Part shown: piece after piece, positions 41,666-51,669 of the stretch | Layout: each line of letters begins with the position of its first letter | Numbering within the stretch: position 1 is the first letter of the stretch | From: Theionarchaea archaeon | GTDB lineage: Archaea; Methanobacteriota_B; Thermococci; Methanofastidiosales; SZ-28-30 | DNA: 64,000 bases | NCBI GenBank assembly: GCA_018992565.1 | Contig: JACVGW010000004.1 | Span: 1-64,000, forward strand | Direction: 5' to 3' | Notes under the pieces: model-generated | What the model was told of the DNA's origin: nothing | Seen by the model: only the letters and a program-made list of their open reading frames with translations | Database searches by the model: none | Translations under genes and position numbers: made by a program

Positions 41666-42271
41666 ATGAGAAGGAGCTTGACCATGATCATTGTCCTAGA
41701 GACTGCTGTAGTTGTAGTGCTAATAGCCATTAATGCATATCTTAGGATAATGTATCTGAGCGTGTTTATGATTCTGCTTGGACTCCTATATTGGGCAGGG
41801 GTATTCTATACGGTAATGCTGGCTGACAAATATTACCAAGTGGGTGAGAAGCTTTTCACTCAAAGGTTTGGCGTGAAGCCAGATAAAACTGAAATGACTT
41901 CCAGACGTCTCAGTAGGTATGATCAATTGGAGGAAGGAACATCTGGTAAAGCAGTATGGATGAAATTCTGGCTGAAAGGAGAATTCTATAAAGGAATCGT
42001 AGATATTCAGAATGAGGCCTTGTACATGAAAACTCCCACGGCGCTCCCTGCCTATCCTGGAGTCTTAATACCTGTCTGGAAAGAGACTGTGGAAACTTAC
42101 AGAAGTCGAACGCCGAAAAGGGTGGAGTATCGTGATCGCAAAGACTTACCTCACAGAGTGGATTACCTGGATAGGAAGGGCAACCTGACCGGGGACAGCT
42201 GGAGGAGACGTGAAGGAGCTGAAGAATACTGGAACCCGAAGAAGAGAATCTATGAAAGACTGACGTTATAG
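41666..42271 (+). CDS. Hypothetical membrane-anchored protein (paralogue A)
   Basis: Two N-terminal TMs; clear similarity to 42485-43087. Confidence 0.7.
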   Translation: MRRSLTMIIVLETAVVVVLIAINAYLRIMYLSVFMILLGLLYWAGVFYTVMLADKYYQVGEKLFTQRFGVKPDKTEMTSRRLSRYDQLEEGTSGKAVWMKFWLKGEFYKGIVDIQNEALYMKTPTALPAYPGVLIPVWKETVETYRSRTPKRVEYRDRKDLPHRVDYLDRKGNLTGDSWRRREGAEEYWNPKKRIYERLTL

Positions 42272-42484
42272 AATCCATGCAGACGAATACCTTGCAGAAG
42301 GCCATCATAATGACAATTTCTCTCTGGCTAGGGACTGTTCTCTGTGTGGAAGAAAGAGTGGTTCCAGCTAATCTTAGGAAGATTATCACAGCATGTCTTG
42401 GAGAGGGCTATGAGATTCTGAGAGATGAGAAGTTTCAGAAATATCAATAGAAACACTTAAGAAGTCAGAAGATGTCCAGAGTCT

Positions 42485-43087
42485 GTGAGAAGAGAGCAGA
42501 AAATTCTGGCTGCAGCAAGTATTCTGCTTTACATTGCAGTGCCTGTTCTGCTGGTGTCTCGGGACTTCACGTATTGGACTCTACTCATGGTTCTCTCGCT
42601 GGCTGCAAATATTGCTTTTCATTTACATTCAAAAAGTCTCTTTGAAAAGTGTCACAGGATAGGCGAATCTCTTTTCACTCAACAATTCGGTACGAAACCT
42701 GATAGAGTCGAGTATATTCAAACACCTCCGGGAAAGTATGATTGTCTGGAGGTTGGGATAACTGGCAGGGGACTACAGATAGGGTTTTGGCTGAATGGAA
42801 AAGCTCTGAAGGGAATTGTAGATATAGATGAGAAAATTCTGTATATGAAACCGTTAATTTGGATGCCTGTCTATACCCACGATCTTATGGCAGTGTGGAG
42901 AAATACTCCCGAGATGCATGGAAATGGTATGCCCAAGAAAGTGGAATTTCGTGATAGCAATGAAGTGCTCCAGAGGATAGACTACCTCGACCAGAAGGGA
43001 ATCTTGAAAAGGGGGACCTGGAGGAGATACAAAGGGATTGAGCAGTACTGGAACCCAGGAAATGAGACTTGGGAACCTGTCCCTTGA
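42485..43087 (+). CDS. Hypothetical membrane-anchored protein (paralogue B)
   Basis: Two N-terminal TMs; shared GE.LFTQ.FG.KPD, FWL.G...KGIVDI, YWNP motifs. Confidence 0.7.
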   Translation: MRREQKILAAASILLYIAVPVLLVSRDFTYWTLLMVLSLAANIAFHLHSKSLFEKCHRIGESLFTQQFGTKPDRVEYIQTPPGKYDCLEVGITGRGLQIGFWLNGKALKGIVDIDEKILYMKPLIWMPVYTHDLMAVWRNTPEMHGNGMPKKVEFRDSNEVLQRIDYLDQKGILKRGTWRRYKGIEQYWNPGNETWEPVP

Positions 43088-43146
43088 TCACCAATCTGCC
43101 CGCCGAGTCATTAATTGCAGACGATGAGCTATGGCAGCTAACCAAT

Positions 43147-44745
43147 TCAGATAGGTTGGTGAGGAAAATCTGAAGGCATCACCACGTACAAAGGCCATTT
43201 CGTCAGAGCACCTTTGGGAAGCTCTCCATTCCTCACCTTTGTGAGCAGCGTAGAGCGTGGCATTTCTGACACCATGGGTTCTTCTACCAGTCTGATTCTC
43301 AAATCTCTTCGAGAAAGTGCCTCATCAATCACGTCTCCCCCCGGACACAATGGCAGGAGTCTCTCAATTTCCTGAGAACACGGTTTCTTTCCTGCTGGAA
43401 CTACCATCTCCCACCTGTTATCTACAACTCTGATCACGACAGCACCTTTGACTCCTACTCTCTGAGAAAGGCATTCCACTAGCAGCCGTGGGTTTCTTAT
43501 CTTCATTTCTCCGAGATCAAAATACGAACCCACAAAGATATTGAGATCCTCACCCATTTCAGGAGATACAATGACATCTCTCTTCAACTCAAAAGAATCG
43601 CGCAAGATCTCACCTCCAATCACCGGCAGTCCGTCTTGATCCTGCACATGTATGACATCTCCTGTATCAACGTTGATCACAGGTTTACCATTGTGCATTC
43701 TGGAAACCAGAAGCCTCCCTTCTGTATGATCTGTCTGTGAAATGAGCTCTCTTACCCCTCTATACTCTATCACAGGAATAGTAAGGGGAAAGACATGCAT
43801 GCGCTTCCAGTCTCTTTCAAGATTGGCTGCGAAGGGACCCACCTCGCTTCCCACGTACAGATTCGTTACCTTCTCCTCCCCTCTTTCCCAGCTAAGAAAC
43901 TGGCGAATAACCTCCCATTCTTTTTCAGTTATAGCGGTTGCACTGAAGATCAGTGTAGCATCAGATAGTACCTGGGAAAGCTCTTCCCGCAACTTCAGGG
44001 TCGCAGCCTCAACCCCGAGTGCTTCAATCCTCTGCCTGAGCTGTTCACCTTCCACAGTAGTGACAGGTTCTCGCAGTGACTTCTCCAGGCCCCAGCGTAA
44101 CCTTTCAGGATCTGCCCATCCCAGAACAGTCAAAAAAGGTGCAGAAACCACTGATATTCTGTCCAGGGTCAAGAGCTCAGCCAAGACCTCAATTGTGCGC
44201 GAATCCTTGTACTCGTGTATGAGATACGAGCCAGGATGCATGATGGATAGGACCAGCCGCTGAGAAACCTCAGCAGAATACAGCTTAACCACTTTCTTGC
44301 CAGATGTGTGGAATAGTCCATCATCACTCCCGCGAGACGGCACAAAGACAACAGCTGCAGACTGAGGCGAAAGCCCACTCTTCTGGAAGATAGCCTGCAT
44401 TCCAGGGGCCCATAAGAGAGATACCAGTTCTCTTGACATATAAAACCATTTCAGATCCTTGATACTCCCACCTGATGTCCCCGACGTGTGACAGAACACC
44501 AAGACAGAATCCTCATGAGAGGTTATGAAGGTGTCAACATTCACAGAAAAGGATCGGGGATCTGTTTTTTCTGTCTCAATCTGTGACAGACTCTCCTCTG
44601 GCAGTCCTGATTGTTTGATTGCTGAATCCTCATATTCTTCTCTATCAGAGAGAGAAAGCCATGATTCCCAGTCACTCAGAGGAATGTCCCCAAATTGGGA
44701 AGAAAATACCTGCTGGATTTCTGGATCAAAATCATAATACGTCAT
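43147..44745 (-). CDS. Divergent adenylate-forming enzyme (PaaK/LuxE/GH3-like)
   Basis: HTSGTSGG P-loop-like motif, YVGSEVG, DTGD. Confidence 0.55.
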   Translation of the reverse strand: MTYYDFDPEIQQVFSSQFGDIPLSDWESWLSLSDREEYEDSAIKQSGLPEESLSQIETEKTDPRSFSVNVDTFITSHEDSVLVFCHTSGTSGGSIKDLKWFYMSRELVSLLWAPGMQAIFQKSGLSPQSAAVVFVPSRGSDDGLFHTSGKKVVKLYSAEVSQRLVLSIMHPGSYLIHEYKDSRTIEVLAELLTLDRISVVSAPFLTVLGWADPERLRWGLEKSLREPVTTVEGEQLRQRIEALGVEAATLKLREELSQVLSDATLIFSATAITEKEWEVIRQFLSWERGEEKVTNLYVGSEVGPFAANLERDWKRMHVFPLTIPVIEYRGVRELISQTDHTEGRLLVSRMHNGKPVINVDTGDVIHVQDQDGLPVIGGEILRDSFELKRDVIVSPEMGEDLNIFVGSYFDLGEMKIRNPRLLVECLSQRVGVKGAVVIRVVDNRWEMVVPAGKKPCSQEIERLLPLCPGGDVIDEALSRRDLRIRLVEEPMVSEMPRSTLLTKVRNGELPKGALTKWPLYVVMPSDFPHQPI

Positions 44746-44763
44746 AAGGTTTCCCTGCTATTC

Positions 44764-44964
44764 CTACGTCTTATTCTGAAACTGCTTCTTTTTTTCTTCA
44801 AGATCCTCAAGGTATTTCTTGAATTCTTCTACATGCCTGCATTTTTTCCGGGTGCTGAAACTGATGCAATCACATGCATATTCCTGGGTGTCTTTATTGT
44901 AGGAAAGGTTGTAGATGTGTTTGGCAAACAACATATGCCTGGTCTCTCTCAAATCCTCAATCAT
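44764..44964 (-). CDS. Small SWIM zinc-finger protein
   Basis: YACDCISFSTRKKCRHV = CxC-x8-CxH. Confidence 0.6.
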   Translation of the reverse strand: MIEDLRETRHMLFAKHIYNLSYNKDTQEYACDCISFSTRKKCRHVEEFKKYLEDLEEKKKQFQNKT

Positions 44965-45120
44965 CAGGTGAAGTTGTCACCACATTATAAAACCCTTTCC
45001 ATGCCGTATGAGAAGCTCTGTCAATTCCTGAGAGATAGATCACGAGTTCCTACAGGTGGAGAACCAGGGGAGTAGATTGGTTTTCAGACATAACAATCTT
45101 TTTTAACACAGCCCCCCTAT

Positions 45121-46684
45121 ATGGAACGAGATGCGATGATACACCCTGAGAGAATCCAATATCTAAATGCGAATCAGATAGAGCCCGGAAAGTATGTCAT
45201 GTACTGGATGCAGTCATCCCATCGCACAGNNNNNNNNNNNNNNNNNNNNNNNNNNNNNNNNNNNNNNNNNNNNNNNNNNNNNNNNNNNNNNNNNNNNNNN
45301 NNNNNNNNNNNNNNNNNNNNNNNNNNNNNATGCGATGATACACCCTGAGAGAATCCAATATCTAAATGCGAATCAGATAGAGCCCGGAAAGTATGTCATG
45401 TACTGGATGCAGTCATCCCATCGCACAGGATACAATCATGCCCTGGAATATGCTATCCTCATGGCAAATGAACTCCACCTCCCTGTGGTTGTCTACTTCT
45501 GCCTGACAGATGAGTACCGGGCTGAAGAAAGACACTACCGGTTTATGCTGGAGGGATTACGAGAGGTGAAGGCCTCATTAGAAGAACGAAATATCCAGTT
45601 CGTTCTCCAGCACGGCTCTCCGCCAGCTATGGTAGCTGAATTTTCTCGAGATGCTTCCCTCCTGGTGGTGGACAGAGGATACATGAGGAGAGAGCGAGAA
45701 TGGCGAACCCGTGTTGCTTCCCATGTCACGTGCCCCGTGATCCAGGTGGAGACGAACGTTGTGGTCCCGGTGGAAGCTGCCTCACCGAAAGAAGAGTACT
45801 CTGCAGCCACGTTCCGTCCAAAAATCGAAAGAAAGAAGGAGTACTACCTTGTTCCGCTGACAGAAACACATCCTGAACTAAGTTCAGTGACTATGGAATT
45901 CGACTCATTGCAGCTGGAAACCACCAGCGACATAAATTCTATTCTCCGCCGTCTGAATATAGGCAGAAAGGTACAGACATCAGCGTTCCACGGAGGCACT
46001 GAGCTCGCCAAGTCACACCTCCACCGGTTTATAGAGGAAAAGATTGACCTCTACCCTGAGCTCCGAAACGACCCCACTACAGACTGTCTTTCTAATTTGA
46101 GCCCGTATCTTCATTTTGGACACATATCTCCTGTATACATTGCATTGAAAGTCTCTGAGAAAGAAAGCCCGGGAAAGGACGCCTATCTGGAGCAGTTGAT
46201 AGTACGAAGAGAATTGAGCATGAATTTCGTTTTCTACAACAACCAGTATGACAGGATTGAAGGACTGCCCCAGTGGGCCCAGAAGACACTGAAAATCCAT
46301 GAGAAGGACCCCAGGGAGTATCTCTATACCGTTGAGGAACTGGAAGCTGCAAAGACCCACGATCCCTGCTGGAATGCTGCCCAGAGCCACATGGTCAAAA
46401 CGGGAAAAATGCATGGATACATGCGCATGTACTGGGGAAAGAAAATCCTGGAATGGAGCCCAACACCCGAGTCTGCGTATCAGACTGCTTTAGTTCTGAA
46501 CGATAGATATGAACTTGATGGCAGAGATCCCAATGGGGTTACTGGAGTAGCCTGGTGTTTTGGGAAACATGACAGGCCCTGGAGGGAACGACCCATTTTT
46601 GGCACGGTGAGGTTCATGACTGCTGAAGGATTGAAAAGGAAGTTCGATGTTGATGCCTATATAGAAAAAACTGCCGCATGGTAG
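45121..46684 (+). CDS. phrB: Class II CPD photolyase (interrupted by a probably spurious assembly gap)
   Basis: YWMQSSHR..YNHAL, SNLSPYLHFG, VRREL, HGYMRMYWGKKILEW, DGRDPNG, HDRPW.ERPIFG. Confidence 0.9.
45131..45428. other. 100-N gap flanked by a 99-bp exact duplication (45131-45229 = 45330-45428)
   Basis: Identical sequence on both sides of the N run. Confidence 0.9.
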
Positions 46685-46842
46685 CCTGATACTGCCCGGA
46701 CTCTTCTTCCATGCGACCTTTCTAATTCTCAGAGAAGTCTCAGTTCTTTCAACTCCCGGAAAATAGAAACGCTTAAATAATCGTGAATGGTATCCTCTTT
46801 GATAAGCCCTTACGCGCCAGGGCAGGAAAGGAGGTATAAGAA

Positions 46843-47913
46843 ATGAACCATTCCTGGAAAGTAGAGGTACTACTCTTGGCACTTGCTCTGATACTGCTTC
46901 AGTGCCACTCTATTAGAGGTGCTGCTGAGTTTGCCATAACAACTGACGTGAAAGACCAGTGGGAACCTGCAGTCTATGGTAATATTGTTGTCTGGACNNN
47001 NNNNNNNNNNNNNNNNNNNNNNNNNNNNNNNNNNNNNNNNNNNNNNNNNNNNNNNNNNNNNNNNNNNNNNNNNNNNNNNNNNNNNNNNNNNNNNNNNGAT
47101 GAGAGACATGGTAATATGGATATCTACGGGTATGACCTCTCCACAAAGAAGGAATTCCAGATTACAGCCAATGTGAAGGACCAGTGGGAACCTGCAGTCT
47201 ATGGTAATATTGTTGTCTGGACTGATGAGAGACATGGTAATATGGATATCTACGGGTATGACCTCTCCACAAAGAAGGAATTCCAGATTACAGCCAATGT
47301 GAAGGACCAGTGGGAGCCGGCCATTTATCAGGACTGGATAGCATGGACTGACAACAGACAGGAGAACTACGATATATACCTGTACAGCCTGGTCACCAGA
47401 GAAGAGACCCAGCTCACCACAAGCCAAGAAGACCAGTACAGTCCAGCAATTAATGGCGACATAATCACATATACAGACTACACTGGATCAAGCGAGGACA
47501 TTATTGCATACAATCATACAAAAAAGACCGTGACTGCTGTAGCTTCGGGTCCATATGCACAGTGGTATCCTGCAGTGTATGGGACTACAATAGCATGGAC
47601 ACAGGAGAAGGAGGATTCCCAAATTGGAACTCTCAACACTGATATTTACATGTACAGCCTGGACACCTCACAGGAGACACGTATAACATATGATCCCTCT
47701 GATCAGTGGGCACCTGATGTCCACGGAGACTACATTGTGTGGACAGACAACAGAGATGGTAACCTGAACATTTATGGGATCATTCTTTCTTCAGGAGAAG
47801 CGACACCATCTGAGCCAGAGTCTCAGAAGGGAGGAACTTGCCTGGGAACGGGACTTGTGGCTCTTGCTGTGACTCTTGTGGCCATCATGAGATACGGTTC
47901 CTGTTCACGCTGA
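46843..47913 (+). CDS. Surface protein with 42-aa beta-propeller repeats (Methanosarcina/TolB-like) and C-terminal sorting-like TM
   Basis: Repeats DQWEPAVYGNIVVWTDERHGNMDIYGYDL; signal peptide; GGTCLGT + hydrophobic + R tail; contains 100-N gap 46998-47097. Confidence 0.8.
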   Translation: MNHSWKVEVLLLALALILLQCHSIRGAAEFAITTDVKDQWEPAVYGNIVVWXXXXXXXXXXXXXXXXXXXXXXXXXXXXXXXXXXDERHGNMDIYGYDLSTKKEFQITANVKDQWEPAVYGNIVVWTDERHGNMDIYGYDLSTKKEFQITANVKDQWEPAIYQDWIAWTDNRQENYDIYLYSLVTREETQLTTSQEDQYSPAINGDIITYTDYTGSSEDIIAYNHTKKTVTAVASGPYAQWYPAVYGTTIAWTQEKEDSQIGTLNTDIYMYSLDTSQETRITYDPSDQWAPDVHGDYIVWTDNRDGNLNIYGIILSSGEATPSEPESQKGGTCLGTGLVALAVTLVAIMRYGSCSR

Positions 47914-47992
47914 GGTCAGTAGTCGAGACAGCTGCGTGCTGAGATCTACCCCAGATCAGCACAGAATGTACATAATGTATTTAAAGACTGAG

Positions 47993-48007
47993 TATAACTC
48001 AGTTATA
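47993..48007. promoter_or_regulatory. Palindromic operator TATAAC-TCA-GTTATA
   Basis: Between TATTTAAA box (47978-47985) and ATG 48008. Confidence 0.7.
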
Positions 48008-48817
48008 ATGTATCCTCCGTGCCTCATAGTTGTGGAGACCCTCCTGTACGATCTCAGGATGAGGGTCGCCCACATACTCAGGGATTCAGGGTTGACCCAG
48101 ACAGAGATTGCCCATACTCTCCATGTTTCACAGGCAATGATTTCCAAGTACCTCTCTTCAGATGTTGAACCTGCTTCTGAAAAAGATGAAGTATCGCAGG
48201 AGATTGCACGCATGATCATTCAGGGTAGGGACGAGAGGGACATCCTCCTGTATCTGTGCCAGACCTGTTTCAGATGGCGAGAAGGAGGTTCAACCTGCAG
48301 CCTCCATGACCTACCTGGATGCACAGTCTGTTATCAGCTTCGGAGTCCTGAGGTACTGGACGAAAAGCACAGAGTCATCCAGAATGTGAGAGAAGCGCTT
48401 TCAGTTCTTGAATCATGTCCGGGTGTGGCGAATCTCATGCCACAGGTCCATATGAACATCGCCATGAGTCTGGAACATGCGAAGAATCCCATGGAAGTGG
48501 CTGCTTTTCCTGGAAGGCTGGCACCAGTTCATGGAGTCGTCACAGCAGTCTCAGATCCTGAATTTGGCGCATCCCACCACTTGGCTTCTCTTCTGCTGAA
48601 GACAGGAAAACGAGCAGTGATCAACATCAGGTATACTGATATGCTCGCCTCTGCCCTCGAGAACCTGGGTATTACATTCTCGTATTCAACAGATGAATGT
48701 GGAGATGTCCTCATTGACACAGGAGGGTTTGGAATTGAACCCTGTGCGTATATATTCGGAAAAGACGCAGTGAATGCAGCTTTCACTCTTCGAAGGATTT
48801 CTCAAATTCTTGAATAG
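48008..48817 (+). CDS. thiR: ThiR-like regulator: HTH + thiamine-phosphate synthase (ThiN) domain
   Basis: MYPPC...GLTQTEIAHTLHVSQAMISKYL; LMPQVHMNIA, VAAFPGRL, PEFGASHHLA, INIRY, GGFGIEP. Confidence 0.8.
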   Translation: MYPPCLIVVETLLYDLRMRVAHILRDSGLTQTEIAHTLHVSQAMISKYLSSDVEPASEKDEVSQEIARMIIQGRDERDILLYLCQTCFRWREGGSTCSLHDLPGCTVCYQLRSPEVLDEKHRVIQNVREALSVLESCPGVANLMPQVHMNIAMSLEHAKNPMEVAAFPGRLAPVHGVVTAVSDPEFGASHHLASLLLKTGKRAVINIRYTDMLASALENLGITFSYSTDECGDVLIDTGGFGIEPCAYIFGKDAVNAAFTLRRISQILE

Positions 48818-49388
48818 TCTCAACCAGCCGGGTAACCAATAGCCGTGTCTCCTCAGTGGGCATTTCATCGCATGGTTTGTACTTGAACGCTTTTCTCATG
48901 AGGAGTGGAATCTCAATCTGAACCCCTTTGTCTCTGGTCAGGTTAACAACGTTCTTGGGATTCTTGGCAGAAAGATTTCTGCAGATTCCTCCGTCCTCGA
49001 TAGCATCTACCACATCAAAGTCTTCTCTGAGGGACTGCACAATGCTGCGCCTCAGCGCCTGATTCAGGCCGCCCACGCAGATGACGTTGCGTTTTATGAC
49101 ATGACCATGTATGGAAATTGCTGTAGACACGTGCTCAAGGAACTGTGCGAGCTTCTCTGAGTCCCTGGGGCTGATTTTGTTGGAGGAGATGTGAAACTTC
49201 CAGTCTCGCTTCTGGGTTCGGGGGGAGATGACATACAATGATGAATTGCTGTTCTGAGCGATGCAGACAGCAATCTGCTCTGTACCTCGCTCTATATTTC
49301 CCCCGTGAACAGCCATAACTCCCACTTTTCCCTGGAGGATACTGTATTCAATGACGTCCTGGTGGGTCAGAAGCTTCGCCAATTTCAT
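48783..49388 (-). CDS. Poly-gamma-glutamate hydrolase (PghP/DUF867-like) family protein
   Basis: AVHGGNIERGT..IA, FHISS, ISIHG, GGLN, NPKNVVN, GVQIEI. Confidence 0.7.
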   Translation of the reverse strand: MKLAKLLTHQDVIEYSILQGKVGVMAVHGGNIERGTEQIAVCIAQNSNSSLYVISPRTQKRDWKFHISSNKISPRDSEKLAQFLEHVSTAISIHGHVIKRNVICVGGLNQALRRSIVQSLREDFDVVDAIEDGGICRNLSAKNPKNVVNLTRDKGVQIEIPLLMRKAFKYKPCDEMPTEETRLLVTRLVETIQEFEKSFEE

Positions 49389-49487
49389 CGACGTCCCTAT
49401 GAAGAATTCTATATAAAGGTTTACGATTCTCTTTCTACATACGTACAGGGAGTACTGATAACGTCCGGTGCAGAAGTAAAAAGGGTA

Positions 49488-50474
49488 CTACCCACGACAT
49501 CTCTCTCTCAGCGTAGAAATCTTCTGGATGCGGAAGATGACGCTGTACAACTCCCTGTAAAATGAAGGTTGTTCCTGAAGCAGAAAAGAGCACAGATCAT
49601 GATACGCAGCGTCAGCATTCCTGGTGAGGGCGGTGGCAATAAAATCGGCTATTTCTTTCTTCAGGCTGACCTCTCTTAGGGAGGTGTGCTCACAGAGATC
49701 CTTGACTGCTGCTTCAAGAAGTGAGAGATGTTGGGCCAGAGAGAGGAGAACCAGCCCTCCCTTGTGAGAGACTATGAAGTTCATTGCCTGCTTTTTGAGA
49801 GAAAAAGACCCAAAATCATGAGATGGTTGATCCCAGAAGCTGCAGATGTGCCCTGCAAGGTTCAGATGGTCCAGGCATGATTTTTCTTCTGAGGTAACTG
49901 CGGGAGGATTGGAGTCCTGGCAGCTACTCGCTTCTGAAATGCACTCCATCCTGGTGGACAGGCACGTGCAGATGACTGCGCCTTCTACAATCCGCGAAAG
50001 CAGCTCCCTCGTCCTGGTAATGTCCTCTTCACTTTCAGCATGCCTGATGATAGTTTTTCCACTTACAGAAAGCAAGATCTCTTTCTGCTGAAAGTCAATG
50101 CGGGCGATACCCAGTTGCTTGGAGCACCGTACTGGCTCTGTCCAGGCTGGGAGGATGTCACATACTAGAGGGTCTAACCATCCATACTCCACCTCGCGGT
50201 GAGCCAGGTACAGTTCTGCCATCACCATACCTGACTCTGTAGAGCAGGGTTCAATGAGGGAAGTGGGTTTTACTTTTGTAGGTAAGGGCTGTATGGTCTG
50301 TATCAGCGTCTGCATTGACGCGATATCCAGTGAATAACCACTCTTCAACCAATGACACTTTTCCAGAGGTTCCCGGTTGAAAATGACATTGCGTAAAAAG
50401 GTAGAACAGCTTTGATATCCGCAGATCCCACAATCCTTCTGGGGCATTGCCTGATATGCACTGCAGAGGTCCAT
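49488..50474 (-). CDS. Fe-S-binding (PF04060-like) domain protein
   Basis: MPQKDCGICGYQSCSTF...LEKC N-terminal cluster; further IEPC and ICTC; downstream of sufS. Confidence 0.6.
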   Translation of the reverse strand: MDLCSAYQAMPQKDCGICGYQSCSTFLRNVIFNREPLEKCHWLKSGYSLDIASMQTLIQTIQPLPTKVKPTSLIEPCSTESGMVMAELYLAHREVEYGWLDPLVCDILPAWTEPVRCSKQLGIARIDFQQKEILLSVSGKTIIRHAESEEDITRTRELLSRIVEGAVICTCLSTRMECISEASSCQDSNPPAVTSEEKSCLDHLNLAGHICSFWDQPSHDFGSFSLKKQAMNFIVSHKGGLVLLSLAQHLSLLEAAVKDLCEHTSLREVSLKKEIADFIATALTRNADAAYHDLCSFLLQEQPSFYRELYSVIFRIQKISTLRERCRG

Positions 50475-50478
50475 GGCG

Positions 50479-51669
50479 TCACCCCGCAAGAGTCCTGGCA
50501 ATCTCTTTCACAACATCAACCATCTGTTCCACTTCCTGTGCAGTGTTATAACAGTGATATGACGCCCTGACTGTTCCTGGAACATGCAGTTTCTTCATGA
50601 TCGGGAGAGCACAGTGATGGCCTGAACGAACCATGATCCCCTGGGTGTCCAGTATGGATGCCACGTCATGAGGGTTCATGCCTTCCATGGTGAAAGAAAC
50701 TACACCTGCGTGGGTTTCCATCTCCTGAGAGCCGTACCAGGTTACCTCAGGGATTTCAGACAGTCCATCCAGGGTCAGTCTGGTGAGCAGCGCTTCCTGC
50801 CTCTGTATCTCGGAGAACCCAATTTCTTGAATATACTCCACAGCAGCTCCCAACCCAATGGCACCTGCAATATTGGGAGTCCCTGGTTCAAATCCATAAG
50901 GAGCATCTGCCAGGTCATAGCCTGTAAGGGAGACGTCCCGAACTGCCCCTCCTCCCAGAAAGCAGGGATCCATCTGATCCTGAACGCTCTTTCTCATGAA
51001 CAGCACTCCAATACCTGTTGGACCCATGGGGCCTTTGTGACCTGAAAAGGCAAGGAAGTCACATCCCAGCTTTTCTACATCCAAAGGGACATGTCCTGCA
51101 GCCTGAGCTGCATCCACACAGAATAATGCTCCTTCCTTTCTGGCCACTGCCCCGATTTTCTGCACGGGAAGAACAGTGCCCACTGCATTGGATATGATGC
51201 TGCAGGTGACCAGGTGAGCTCCCTCAATTTTCCCCAGCTCCTCCTCTTCCAGGATGCCAGGAGGTGAAGCCTCCATGATCTTCAGTGTAACGTCCCTGTC
51301 CTGTAATCTGAAAAAAGGCAGGAAGTTTGAATGGTGTTCCAGTTCTGTGGACACCACGATATCACCTGCATGAAAGGCCATCCCCAGGGCCACACGATTC
51401 AGTGCCTCCGTGGTGTTTGCAACAAAAATGACTTCTTCAGAAGATGCATTGATGAAATCAGCCACGTTCTCACGTGCCTCACTGAAGGCCCGGGAAGCTT
51501 CTTCAGAAAGAGAATGCACGCCTCTATGCACATTTCCCCGGTATTCCATGTAGTACCTTGTGACAGCCTCCACCACATGCCGGGGAGTCAAACTAGTAGC
51601 CGCGTTGTCAAAGTAAACGACCTTGCTGGTCAATGGAATATCGGCTCGGACCTCATCCGGAACCCTCAT
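50479..51669 (-). CDS. sufS: Cysteine desulfurase, SufS type
   Basis: YFDNAATS, EHHSN, DAAQ, FSGHK, RSGHHCA, RAS. Confidence 0.92.
   Translation of the reverse strand: MRVPDEVRADIPLTSKVVYFDNAATSLTPRHVVEAVTRYYMEYRGNVHRGVHSLSEEASRAFSEARENVADFINASSEEVIFVANTTEALNRVALGMAFHAGDIVVSTELEHHSNFLPFFRLQDRDVTLKIMEASPPGILEEEELGKIEGAHLVTCSIISNAVGTVLPVQKIGAVARKEGALFCVDAAQAAGHVPLDVEKLGCDFLAFSGHKGPMGPTGIGVLFMRKSVQDQMDPCFLGGGAVRDVSLTGYDLADAPYGFEPGTPNIAGAIGLGAAVEYIQEIGFSEIQRQEALLTRLTLDGLSEIPEVTWYGSQEMETHAGVVSFTMEGMNPHDVASILDTQGIMVRSGHHCALPIMKKLHVPGTVRASYHCYNTAQEVEQMVDVVKEIARTLAG

Noticed and set aside
37457..43100. Integrative element at tRNA-His
   Set aside because: Accessory-looking genes follow the tRNA, but I found no integrase and no repeat of the tRNA 3' end in the window
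45131..45428. Target-site duplication or IS inside the photolyase
   Set aside because: A 99-bp overlap around a 100-N spacer is typical of unmerged contig ends
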